A stretch of DNA of 63,597 bases, filler included, from Welwitschia mirabilis (taxonomy: Eukaryota), in NCBI GenBank assembly GCA_051453625.1. It is 7 parts of one record of this genome, joined end to end, with 100 filler letters (N's around TTAATTAATTAA, not from the genome) between each part and the next. Parts side by side here need not be neighbours in the genome. Positions count along the whole stretch, not along the records: positions 1 to 20,323 come from JBOZIK010000001.1; 6 more parts are not named here. One strand, 5' to 3'. Numbering within the stretch: the stretch's first letter is position 1; each line of letters starts with the position of its first letter. A program made the translations under genes and the position numbers. Positions 1-12,293 of the stretch are shown piece by piece. The notes beneath the pieces are model-generated. The model was given only the letters and a program-made list of their open reading frames with translations. It was not told where the DNA came from and ran no database searches.

Positions 1-77
1 TGAGCATTTATCTGTTAGTTTATCTGCAAAACAACTCAAAATACACTATCAAATACACTTAAGTTGGCATCGCAACA
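1..77 (-). mobile_element. 5' terminus of a young Ty3/Athila-like LTR (runs off the window to the left)
   Basis: The minus strand starts TGTTGCGATGCCAAC. Positions 15-77 are the reverse complement (62/63 nt) of 63535-63597, where the same sequence directly follows a PPT. CpG is retained. Confidence 0.85.
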
Positions 78-2037
78 CACCCCATTGACTAAAACTCCTA
101 TTACTTTGATGCACATACTTCATGAGTATATGAGTATATTGATTATTGGATGATATCTTATCAAAGTGCTATGGTTGTCATAGCTAAAAATGGATTAAAT
201 CATAGTCTAGACATAACTTGATGCATTTCTAAATATAACCAGTAAATATTTTCATCATTACTTTTTTTTCAAATGGTATTCTATGGTTTTCTACATTGAA
301 TCATACATTTCTATATCAAGTAGCTTTATAACCTTACTAAGAAATTTTACTAAGTTTGAATTTTAGGCAAAAAGTTATTCTTCATCATGTTCTATCTTGT
401 TCATTTTCCTGTTTGTCTTATCTTAGTTTGAGGGTTCATCTTCTTAAAGTCATTTTTTTTACCTCTTCCAAAATAATGTCTAGGACTTTGTCATTTTCTA
501 GTCTACTTGTTACATTTTTTACAACTTGATTATTATACATAAAATAAAATTAACTTTTGCCTTAACCATCCTTTCATATGATAGAATTAGTGCTTTCCTT
601 TCTTTTAAGAATCTCCCTTTTATAACCTCTTCGATCATTTAACCTTGCAATCATGAAATTATTATCCTACTTTACCTTTTCTTCATGATTTGTGCAACTT
701 TTCTATGATGTTAAACTTAATGATTTATAATATACATGAATTTCACTTATGACTTCTCATAGATGTATTTCACATGTTATACTCTTAATTCGAAATGTTA
801 TACATGTTTTGTATTTCTTTCATTAGTTAGCTTGCAACTTGTTATTCACTTACTTTGTCAGGGACTGACAAATGCTAAGTGGGGGGCTATATTGAGATGT
901 CAAATTGATCTATTTAATGCACTTCTAAAGTACATTTTTAAGTACTATTTACAAGTTTTTTAAGGGATTTATGCAAATTCTACAAAGCTTCCATATAGGC
1001 TAAAATATGCAATAATATTCCAAATAAGAAGCTATTTTTGGATAAAGAACAACCAAAGTAAAATAATGAAGATATATTGGTCATAATTACTATCTTTGGG
1101 CTGATAGAGGAGATGACAATCAAGAAAGTATGGTCATCCTCTATGTCATGGGGATGACTACTAAGATGACAGTCAGTTTTTTTAGAACATGCAAAGCCTT
1201 AGTTGGTGGATGGTATGTTATTCTCTATTTCATGGGGATGACACAAGGAATGATACTTAAAATAATGTGTAAAGTTAATTAAATTTTTATGAAAGGATGT
1301 ATTTAATTTATACCTCTTTGTTTTACACCCTTTAATGACCTATCCCAATCTATAAATAGACCCTTCAGACCCTATTCAAAATCATCTTTTACATTGACAT
1401 TCTTATGACATTTGAAGATTGTTGAAGGCAAGGAGATCCATCCTACTTCTAAGAAGGATCACCTTGATGTCAGGTAGAGAATCTTTCATTGAGGAGTTAT
1501 TATCATAAGTGGATGTACTTCAATTTCATTAATAAAAGTATTAATTGAATNNNNNNNNNNNNNNNNNNNNNNNNNNNNNNNNNNNNNNNNNNNNNNNNNN
1601 NNNNNNNNNNNNNNNNNNNNNNNNNNNNNNNNNNNNNNNNNNNNNNNNNNAGCATTGATTGAATTGGAATCTTTTCAACTATTTTATTATTATTCTTTAT
1701 AGCTTATCTTAATTGCAATTTAAATGACATAAATTTGTAATTGGAATAGATTATAAGGACCAAGCTAGGTGATAATAGATTAGAAGTTTAATTAAATTCA
1801 TTGCATTAGAATTACACTCATTACATTGCATTTCATTTCATTACATTACATTGCTTCCATCTTCATCCTTACATTGTCTAAATTTATTTTCTTAAAAGAA
1901 AAAGTGTATGATAATTGGGTTGATCCCATTATACAAATGTGTATTGTATGCAATTAGACATTTAGCTTTTCAGATGTCGCAAGTTAAATTTGATTTTTAG
2001 AATGTTGAAATTAGAATTACAAATACTCATTGCAACA
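78..2037 (+). mobile_element. 3' end of an older Athila-like element: 3' non-coding region (78-889) plus 3' LTR (890-2037, contains a 100-N gap)
   Basis: PPT AAGTGGGGGGCTA is followed by TATTGAGATGTCAA (decayed TGTTGCGATGCCAA). The LTR ends ...AAATACTCATTGCAACA, like the other family ends (...CACACCGCAACA at 20656). Positions 80-230 resemble the Athila 3' region at about 59275-59400. No PBS follows the LTR. Confidence 0.75.
854..889 (+). promoter_or_regulatory. GGA-loop hairpin plus polypurine tract preceding the Athila 3' LTR
   Basis: TTTGTCAG-GGA-CTGACAAA is a perfect stem-loop, followed by AAGTGGGGGG. The same arrangement occurs at 63501-63534. Confidence 0.75.
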
Positions 2038-3650
2038 TTTTGGATTACATAAATATCACTTTATGTTCATGTTACAATCTTGATTTTCTTTAATATGCCT
2101 TAAAAAATAAAAATCCATTTCATTTTATTATTTTAGACATAAGGAGTAACATGTGCATCTTGAAATTCTAAAGTATTATATAGGATTTACAAAGAAGAAA
2201 CTATTCTACCACATTTTTATGTTTTCACATGCAACAATTTGATTGGAAAGGATTTTACCAAAGAATAGGCATGGAATGTGCTTACTACAAAACAAGCTTC
2301 TAGTGGTGCTTATATAGTAGAATATATTTTTGAGTATTGAACTACTAAATACCATTATAAATAAAATCTTTACCAATATAATATATTAATTAATATGATA
2401 AATAAAAAGATAAAAATAAAAAAGGACATAAAAGTACACAAATTAGTTTCTTAATTCACATACATTGTTTTATCTAGAGGTATGCTATCATTCATTATTA
2501 AGATATTTGAATCTCCACCACTACATTAAAAATCCATTTCATTGAAGAAAATTACTAGAACCATCATATCAACCAAAGAAAAGAAAAAGTGGATTATTAA
2601 ATAAGAATTTAAATATTTAGTAGAATATTAAAAATTTCAAGTTAAAATTTTTGCAATATCTAGATTTATTTCATAATTCTATGCATAAGGAAAATGAGTA
2701 TAGTTTATGAAAAAATTTAAATTACTTATGCAAGTTTTATCATAGCATGCAAAATAAGACTATTATACACATGATTATTTTTATAGCGTTGTTTCCTACA
2801 TAGTTCTATAAGTGTTCATGAACAATCTTATGATTTACAACAAAGACATAAAATTCTATACTAATAAAGAATATAAAGATGTTTTACAAGAGCTAGTACA
2901 TTTATGAATTAGGGATTTATATAAAGATAAAATTACAATTGGTAATAAAATTTTAGAGATATTTCTAATATAAGAATTATAGATAATTTGGTACTATGCC
3001 TATGGACTTATAATGAATGAAGTAAAAAAATAATTAAAGAAATGTTAAACAGAGTAGGTACAATGCTTTTTATATTAACAAAATAAAAAACACAAGAAAG
3101 AAGTTACTAAAATAAATAAGGGAAAAAAAGGAATTTTCTATGAAAATTCTCAAAACATTTGAAAAGTCTAAAACAAAGATCTCAAATTCATACATCATGT
3201 AGAAAGAAGAGGTGATAAGGATGAATAATGAAAATAAAACACTTTAAAAATTCTTTAGTAAAAGATATTCTTAGGTTATTTAGCTTAAAGGAGAGAAGTA
3301 TTAAATCTCTCAAGAGAGAGATAACAACACTCAAGAAAGTATGAAATACCATTAAGAAGCTTCATTTTTAACTTAGGAAGCTTTAAAACTCTAATCCCTA
3401 AACCAAGAAGATCCACATGAGGGACCTATAAAAACTAGTGAAGAAGCTATGAAACCAACTACTACTACTAAACTAACCATTAAAGTCACTGATAGCAAAG
3501 TAGAAATAGTAACCAAAAGGGAATAAATACTAAAATATGAGATATAGAATTCTATACTAATAAACATAATACAATTATTTTCTATACATTTTTCTTATAA
3601 ATCTTTTTTTAATTAAATTAATAAAATTAAAATTTATGAATAGAACTTAT

Positions 3651-4077
3651 TGTTATGTTCCAAAATCACTTTTAATTAAGTGATTATTATTAAGTATCAT
3701 TAAAGTGTATTTAAGGATAACTATTTTATAATCAAGGGATGTGACCCTTAGATTTGTAACATTATGTCCCTTTGGCTTGTTTATAAGCCTGTGGCATTAA
3801 GTGGGTGAGGTGGGGATATATTGGATGGATGTAATCAATAACAACCTTGGCTAATTTCCAAGGGTCCCAAGAGAGGGACTTATATATCGTAGTCCAAATT
3901 TTTACCTTTGACCACTAGTCCAAGGTTGAAGTAAGGCATAGAGAGTAAACTTGATGCTATGATAATAAAGATATATATCCATTTTCTATCTAATTAATAT
4001 GTTATTGATTCCCTTATTTTTTTAATTTTTTAAATGTTTCTTATTAAAATATAAATTCTGTATCTTAGAACATTACA
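3651..4077 (+). repeat. 5' LTR (427 bp)
   Basis: Direct repeat of 8943-9361, with TG...CA termini, followed by PBS-Met. Confidence 0.92.
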
Positions 4078-4079
4078 TT

Positions 4080-4092
4080 TGGTATCATAGCC
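4080..4092 (+). promoter_or_regulatory. Primer binding site (tRNA-iMet type)
   Basis: TGGTATCATAGCC versus consensus TGGTATCAGAGCC, 2 nt after the LTR end. Confidence 0.9.
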
Positions 4093-7000
4093 ATGAAGAT
4101 GGTAAACTATCATCTTCTTGATCAAAGTAATTTAATTAACTATTGTTATTTTTAAAACAAAAATGGCTAAGAAGTTGTCATAAGCATTGAATTAGAAATA
4201 ATGAAGAGCCTCTAACAATAAATAAACCACCAAAATAAGGACAAGATTTCATTTTTACCAAAATTACTATAGTTGAGGAGAGAGATAAGGATATACTCTG
4301 ATGTTTAAGATGATAAATCAATAGAATGATTTACTATTATCAAATAGTAAAATGGCATGACCATATGACCAAGTGACATACCATACATATGCAATGGACC
4401 ACATGACATTGTCATTCCTAGGGAAAAGTCCATATAAATACTGAGTATTTCATGCCAGCATTTGCATGTATCTAGGGAAGGAAATTGCATTTATTTAAAT
4501 GAATTTAATTGTACAAGTCCTACTCCTATATATTTTAAAGTGTTTATCCTCTTTTTACTTTTATTCAATTACTGTGAAAACTTCTTTTTGAAGGAGGCAA
4601 GATGAAAAATGAAGTAACCTAACACCATGATATCCCTTAAGAGGATAACATACAATGAAATTTGCAAGCAAGCATTTCTGAAATCTTTCATCTTATGATT
4701 GATCATCTTAGTTTTACCATGGATAAGGACTTTTGTAATTTAATTTAATTAAACCTTTTAACTTTTGATGTCTGTCATCATCTATAAAAGAAGTGAATCC
4801 TATGAAGAAAAGGACATAGCTAGCTAAGTGCAGACTTCCATCATTCTTTAAAAGGCATGTTGCACTCCTCGGTAGTCACAAGGCCCTCTTGTCAATATAA
4901 TAATAAAATATAGGAATCACAGTGGATGAAGTGAGAAGAATCAAGGGAAATACATGATGCAGTGCATGGAGAGATCGCAGTTCATATACTGGAGGGGTAG
5001 TAAACCAATGTGATGGATTTCTTTAACAAAGACAACACCCACACCCAGAAGAATTCATAGTGAAAAGTGAATCATTGATCATCTACATATTTGAATATGT
5101 TACTTAATCATATTTCATAAATATTTATATGAAATAATATTTTCAAATATATTTATAGAATGAAAATCCTGTGTATTCCTTGAACTGATTACTTGATGAT
5201 TCTTACATTTGTAAGGCTGAAATTCCCATGAACTATGCAGACAAGACTTAATTGAATGCCATCATTACCTTTGATTGGTGTTTGACTATATTTTAGTCAT
5301 AATGATGTCACAAAAACATGTAAGACATTCATAATCATATACTAAAGAATCAACATAACCTTCTAGAAATCTAAAGTAATAAAGCACAAGAATCTAATCT
5401 TCTCCTAACTTCCAACTATTTTCAACTCCATTCTATGTGAAATTTCAAGTACCGTGTTAGGAATTTAAGCCTTGCAAGTACATGATAGTATAACAGACAT
5501 TAGCAATATATAATCACTAAGGTAATGATGAATTCTAAATATCACACACTTTCTTTCTTCAAGAAAATAGAGTTACTAAAATGGTCCTTCCAAGTTTAAA
5601 GAAAGTATATTTGCTAGGGTTTCGGTAAATTTTTCTCCTCATCATATTCTTTTAACATCTCCTCTCATAATGAAGACATTTTTTTTAAGCAGTTACATCC
5701 ATAGAAGTATAAGGGGAAAATACTTGATTGCATAAGTCCTAACAATGTTATGCATGCCCTCCATGTCAATGAGGTAACATCAAGATTGTGGTTAATATCT
5801 TAACATCCACTAAAGTTATTATTAGAGTTTTCTCACTTAATTAATGTTAACCAACTCTATAAAGAGTTTGTATTTATGAATAGGAAATATCACACCTTCA
5901 CACAAAGCAAGACTTCACTATAGTAATGAGTTAGGATTTGGGAGAGGTTATAGAAGCTTGAGAAGATGATTCTACTAGGTGTATCGAAGTTTAACATAAT
6001 AAGAATATTGAAGCAAGTAGATGTCATCTGGGAAACCATTGATAAGAAAATGAACTCTAGATGGACATGTTGAAGATATTTCATTGGTGCACAAAATATC
6101 AAAAAATTATTTCTAGAGAAGAAGATGTTATAGATTTTGATTAAGGAATCATGTTAGATTCTACTCATGAACCCATTGATTTCAATGAAATTAGTAATTA
6201 CTTTAGAGAATCAAAGGTAAGATATTCAAAAGATGGTTAAAGTAAAACACATTACTACAATGGAGGATACAATAATGGAAACAATAAATAAGATGATGGA
6301 TTCAGAGATTACAATGATAGATGATTTCATAGATGCATTTTCAATTACTATTTTTAAGGAATTCTAGAAATTCACAGATGCTACTACCTCCCCTTTGAAT
6401 TTGCCATTGTAGATCCTCCTCATACTTGACTTCTCTATATTTGTTTTCTTCACATATATTTTCCCATTTATTTCAAGATAAAACTTATTCCCTTCTTGCC
6501 TACCTATTCAATCAATTAAGTGTTGTCACTGCATCTTTACTTTTGATTTGATTTTAATGATGTTGATCCTTGCCTCAGTCTCTTTTTTAAATAATTATTT
6601 GTGTTTGTAATGATGGTTTTGCCTTATTCATTTAGAATCAGAAAAAGTATCTAAAGGCTCCAAATGCTTCTCTGCCATTACTCTAATAGATGATGCTAGC
6701 ATAAATCCTTACAAAATGTGATCCAATTCCTTGTTTAATAAGAGATTACCCTTTTATTCTTTACTTTCTCTAAATGCTAATATTTGCTTTTTTATAAACT
6801 ACTTTAAAATAAGAAGGGAATGTAAGTATCATTCTTTTGATCAATATGTGAGCATTATGGGATAAATCATTTATGGGATAAATACAAAGTTAAAGAAAAG
6901 ATGTAAACCAATGATCAACATAGATTTCAGCTCTGTTGCATTAACTTTAATAGGCTATGCTTCCTTCTAGGAAAATGTTATAAACCTAATATCATATCAT

Positions 7001-7404
7001 GGCCTATCTAATGCAATGTAAAAGCAAAAATGATGTCAATGAAATAAAAATTTAGATATGACATGAAACACTACATCAGTGGAGATGGATGAATATGGAT
7101 TAAAAATTCTTATTTATGAGATCATGCTTGAATTATGGGTTTACTTTTTAAGATAATAGATAATTTACCTTCGAGTTTGCCTATATAAACTTTCTTGAAT
7201 TTGCTAATCCTATGAGTCTAGATTCATTGAAATTATGAGTTATAGTTCTTATGTCCTAAACTACCTTCATACTACTATCTTTAAGATGGTCTACTTAATC
7301 TAGTACATTTCTACTATAGCATAGAAGAAGGATTTAGCAATGTAATTTACCCAAGGCTATACTATATGCTAGGAATCTTTACAAGAATTCTATCTCTAAT
7401 AAGA

Positions 7405-8265
7405 TCAGTAGCGATGGTGATAACAATTTCTTCATTGAAATGACCTAAAGAGTGCTTGTAATAAGACACAAAGAATACTTTATTCATGCTATCATATGAA
7501 ATTCAGAGAATACACTAAAGATACAACATCTGCTAAAACTACTAAAGTAAATGATGGACTTCATATTTTTTAAGTAGATCTTCTTGAATAAAAAAGATTT
7601 GATGTAGCTATTTCTAGCTTTGAAGGAGCATTTCATGTATCCTCCCATGTTATTTTTAATCCCACACACATTAAGAATGACATAATAAAGCCTATAATCA
7701 AAGGAACTCTTAATGTTTTGAAATCATACCACAACTCTGGAAGCATAGGTAAAGTCATTATTACATCTTCCGCTATGATGCTTCCTTGGAATTCAAAACA
7801 TGAAAAAACTGATTACATTAATGAGGCTTCCTAGTTAGAGTTACTATTTCTTCAATCTGAGAAGCCTTTAATCGAACCATATTTTATTATTAAAATAGAG
7901 GTAAAAACGGTCATGTTGGAGTTCAGGAATGAAAACAACCTCGATGTGATGACAGTACTTCCTATCCTAGTGGTGGGATCAAGGACAACATCATACATGC
8001 CTAAGAGTGTAAGAGTTATCATGTCACTGCTGATGAGACATTTGAGCTAGTTGAACTAGCTAAAAGCTATCCACTAGATAGGCTTTAGAACAATTCCACT
8101 TATTCACATGGATAACAAATGTAAGGCTCATGTTTTCCTTTATGAAATATTATTGTGTACTCACTACTACATGTGACGTTCTCTTGTAATGAAGTTGTTT
8201 GAGCTAGATTGCCATCTACACAAATGATACCAAATGATTGGCTATGATTCCATCCATTTGAGTGA
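7405..8265 (+). pseudogene. Intronless decayed copy of an anthocyanidin reductase / dihydroflavonol-4-reductase-like NAD(P)-dependent reductase (extended SDR)
   Basis: Manual translation, with one frameshift near 7546 and several stops: HKEYFIHAII*NSENTLKIQHLLKL / NDGLHIF*VDLLE*KRFDVAISSFEGAFHVSSHVIFNPTHIKNDIIKPIIKGTLNVLKSYHNSGSIGKVIITSSA...INEAS*LELLFLQSEKPLIEPYFIIK...NENNLDVMTVLPILVVG...MPKSVRVIMSLL...IPLIHMDNKCKAHVFLYE...ELDCHLHK*YQ. This matches the family motifs FDAAIxGCEGVFHVA, IKPAIxGTLNVLKSC, VxTSS, YxxSK and VHVEDxCRAHIFL. Confidence 0.9.
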
Positions 8266-8821
8266 TAAAGAAGTATCTTTCATTTGGATTTAATTAAGTT
8301 TTTTTAGATCTTTTTAATTTATGTATGTTAACTATTAATTTAAGCATATTATAAAATTAATAAATAATAATTATTATATAATAATATGAGTAATACATAT
8401 TTTATTAAAAAACATGTAGAAATGTTTTTAATATTAGTAATAAATAAATAGAAGATTAAATAATAAATAAATGATATATGCATAATTGTTTTGTTACAAA
8501 TTAAATAATAATAATAATAAATAAAAAATAAATAAAAGTAAAAAATGTCTTATATTATAATGTATAAGTCATACGAATTATTTATACACTTTGCTATAAA
8601 ATTTTTACCTAAATTTAATTATTATTATAAAATTTTTCACATTTATTTGATTATTAAGGTAACAGTTTAACTTTTGGAACACTTGCCTTTTAGATTAAAA
8701 ATAGTAAATTTGAGCATTTGGATATCTTTTCTTAGCACAAGCATCCTAGAAAGCTTTGGGCATAGTGTGATGACTAAGAAATACTAATGGAAACTAAACA
8801 ACTGGTGGTTGCAAATGTAAC

Positions 8822-8909
8822 TGGTCCATCCACCAGAGGATGTAGGCTCAAGCAGTCCATCAACTAGAGGATGTAGACATGAGTGGTCCATTCACTAAAG
8901 GATATCTAC
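8822..8909 (+). repeat. About 31-bp tandem repeat (3 copies) just upstream of the PPT
   Basis: TGGTCCATCCACCAGAGGATGTAGG / CAGTCCATCAACTAGAGGATGTAGA / TGGTCCATTCACTAAAGGATATCTA. Confidence 0.75.
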
Positions 8910-8942
8910 TTGAAGATAAGTAGGAAAACTAAGAGAATGGAA

Positions 8943-9361
8943 TGTAATTTTCTAAAGTAACTTCTAATTAAGTGATTATTATTAAGTACCATTAAATTAC
9001 ATTTAAGAATAGATATTATATAATGAACGGATGTAACCCTTGAATTTATAACATTATGTTCCTTAATTTTATTTGTAATCCTATGGCATTAGGTAGGGAT
9101 GGATAAACTAGGTAAATGTAACCAACAACAACCTAGCTAATCCCCAAGGATCTCAGGAGGAGAACTCAAGTCATAATCCACATGTTTACCTTTGACCACT
9201 AGTCCAAGGCTAAAGCAAGGCACAGAAAGAAAACTTAATGCTATGACAATAACCATAAATTTTTATTTTCTATCTAATTAATATTTTATTGATTCCCTTA
9301 TCTTTTAATTTTTTTAAATGTTCCTTATTAAAATGTAAATTTAGTATTTTGAAACATTACA
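8943..9361 (+). repeat. 3' LTR (419 bp)
   Basis: Direct repeat of 3651-4077, preceded by the PPT and followed by TSD CTTAT. Confidence 0.92.
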
Positions 9362-10051
9362 CTTATGTTCATATCAAAACTTCATTTTGGGGTAAAATAA
9401 TTCATAAGACAAAATAAATATTTAAAATAAATAAGTATTCCTATAAATAAGGAAATAATACTAGTTTCTAAAAAATTGTTTGATAATTTAAAAGAAATTA
9501 AATTATGTTGGTATTTACCTTTTGACTATTACTTTTATCTTTGTACCATTAAGGTCACAATAATGGTCTATTACATCTCCTTGTTCATGTAGGTATGATG
9601 ATGTAACTCATCTACTTATCATCAAACAAATAAAGTGTGATGATTCAACTCATCACTATGCTATTAGCATAGCACATCCCAACTCCTTTTTTACTTGAAA
9701 ATCCAAAAGGAAAAGCTTTTTTTTTTAGGAGTTTATAGTACAGTAAAAACAAAAAAAGGCACTATAAGTGTCTTTAGGGAAAGCTTGAATTAAAGTTTAG
9801 AAAATAAGAGTCTATATAATCAAATTCACCTTTAAAATGCATAATTATACTAATAATGGTGAACCTAGATTTCTTCTATTCTTAACTTATTCTCATTGTT
9901 ATCATAATGTCCTTACTTTTATATAATTCCAAAAGTCCATTACCAATTACTTATTGATCCTTTATCATAATTCACCATTTATGCCATGTTTTGAAATATC
10001 ACTTTTACCCTTCATTTATTTAAACTCCCTTGAAAACCTATTATCATACAT

Positions 10052-12293
10052 AAACATTCATTATCCATTGTTGTTGTTCATACTCCCTTTAATTTAATTC
10101 TCTCTTCAAAGGCATGTTATTTGTTATGAGGTTAAATAAAAGGGCAAACCAATTTTACATGTCTCGTCAAATCCAATATTTTAAAGCCCAACATCTTGGC
10201 CGCAGTAGCAACCATAATTATTGTGGATGTTATTACCAGTGAGTGCATTTTTTAGTTCCCTCCCTTCCTAGCATGATGACCATCTGGAAGTTACTCTCTC
10301 TGTAATATCCTTTCTCTGCTGCATTACATGCATGCAGATGGTATATAAATTAACAATCAGTTAAGAAATCTTTTAATCCATTTGACTGAAAAATATCAGA
10401 ACACTCGAAAGCACTTGCAGTTATAGACTATAGCTTTTGGTCATCGTCAACTTTTGAGATTCTTTATAAACAACCATGTAGACTGCTATTGAAGAAGATC
10501 TGAGCATTGAGAAACAGGAAGATAATCTTAGTTTCTTCAAGGCAAGATGGAGGAAGTCAAAGGAATGCATTTCAGAAAATCTTTAAACCACAAAAGCAAG
10601 AGAAAGATGTAGCGGAAGTTGTGAATACAACATCAGAATAAAGCTTCTAAAGAATGCATAGCGGCATATCTTACTAAGGTTTGGAAATCTAATTTCTCTA
10701 CCTCTAAAGCCTGCAACGCACTCTACTACCTCCTCCACATATAAGAACGTTTTTAGGTAATGCAGTCTACCAGCCAAAGCATGACAATAAGCGTGAACAT
10801 GGGCAGGCGTTTCTATGTATTCTGTACAAGTCTAGGTCTGACATATTCCTCTTTTTCATGGTGCACATATTAGTAATGCCATTGTTCATGCTATTTCTAT
10901 TGTTGAAGACAAAGAATGTGCTGATCGATAAGACGATGAAGTGCGTCTAAATATGTTTTTATCCTTTGAAAAGTTCTATGAATTTAACCCATGCCGATCG
11001 TACTGTAAAAACAGCAAATAGTTATTGTTTGATTCAAATATTTATGTATCAAAATCACAGTTCTTTCTGGTCACCTATGCTTATATTTGCCATGTTTACT
11101 CAGCCAACTTTAAATCCGCATCCTCTTTTTTGGCTATGATTCATTATCAAAGATCATATCCAAAAGTAATGATCTATGATCTAAATTTGTATTTCATTAG
11201 TTGTTATAAATTGGGAAACAAATTCAGTAGCTAAGTAAGAGGGTGAGCAAAAAAAAAATTGTAAGTTGCAGGTCTTAATATCACAAGGAATATCAAGGCC
11301 TAAAAGTTATATGCTACTGCCTCCTTTTCCATCTTTATTGCTGCCGCTTTAAAAGACAGTGGGTCTGTGTGACGCCAACGAAGATAGAAAGAGGTTTCAA
11401 TATAAGGCGTAGGCCCTTCTCTTACAATAAGATTAACAGGTCTAACACATAGCTGTGAATCTGAGCTATATTGCTGAATCTTTACACTAGCAATGTCTTT
11501 AAGCTGCCATTGTTATTTAAGTAATGGCCTTGTAACTTTAGAATGCTAATAAGAAGAGCTTCGCAAAAAAAAGATGCTACTTATTTTGTAAAAGATTATT
11601 TGTAGAGAAAAGAGTTATGCTGAACACCACCATTGATGTAAGAAGGACACTGCATGCTGCCATTGAAAGCTCAGAACTGCCGTTAGGAAGGATAAAGCTC
11701 ATAAATTCAGAAGGGAAACCATTACAGATTCAATCGTGCTTAAAGAGTTGCTTATCATTTGTATCCATTCCCATTCAAATCCACTCTTCATAAGTTATTC
11801 CAGGTTTAATTCTTATATGTAATGTGCATTTTAATTAAAAATTTGATTGCATTTATTAAATGTTTTTGGGCATTGTCAATCCACTGCAACACTATAATTT
11901 TTGAGAAACTTGTTGTTTCAGTTATCTTATTTTCATTTTAAAATAGTAGCAATGTTGTTTTGAATCTCATATAATTCATTTACCCAATCTTTCTTGAAAG
12001 CCATATTTATCCTTTGTATCTTTCAAATCATCTTGTTTTATAAAGTCTTTCATAAAGATTTATTTAAAAGGCTAAATTGATTTTCTCAATAGTTAAACCA
12101 TCAATTGATAAATCTTTTAGGAAGAAACTTTATTCATACCTTTTTGGTACCAACTAAATTTGGTCTACTTTATTACCATTCCTTGTTAAATGTAAGGTTA
12201 ATTTACCAATGATTATTGTTTCTTGCATTTTCACATTATTTATGTGGATTATTGGGCTTCAACTGTGCAATTAGATTCTCACAAAAACCTACA
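10052..12293 (+). mobile_element. Long Copia LTR copy 1 (at least 2.2 kb; true 5' start not resolved; solo or 3' LTR)
   Basis: Colinear direct repeat of 16523-18779, ending ...AAAACCTACA. No PBS follows. It retains many CpG. Confidence 0.8.

Larger units (their letters stand above)
3651..9361 (+). mobile_element. Complete non-autonomous LTR retrotransposon (LARD/large-TRIM-like) carrying a host-gene-derived insert
   Basis: 5' LTR 3651-4077 and 3' LTR 8943-9361 align end to end (TGTTATG/TGTAATT...CATTACA). A 5-bp TSD CTTAT lies at 3646-3650 and 9362-9366. PBS TGGTATCATAGCC is at 4080-4092 and PPT AAGAGAATGGAA at 8931-8942. I recognised no gag, RT or integrase motifs inside. Confidence 0.92.

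Noticed and set aside
7484-7669. Minus-strand 61-aa ORF
   Set aside because: It is the antisense shadow of the ANR/DFR-like pseudogene on the + strand.
7405-8265. Functional ANR/DFR gene
   Set aside because: It has multiple in-frame stops, a frameshift, a degraded GxxGxxG motif and no C-terminus.
10185-10260. Minus-strand NNYGCYCGQ resembling a secreted phospholipase A2 calcium loop
   Set aside because: It is short, is followed by a stop within a few codons, has no catalytic HD motif, and is not preserved in the second LTR copy.
9588-12293. TGTAGGT at 9588 as the 5' start of the long Copia LTR (solo LTR)
   Set aside because: It matches the terminal repeat of ...ACCTACA, but the flanks (GTTCA vs ATTTT) give no TSD, so the start is left unresolved.
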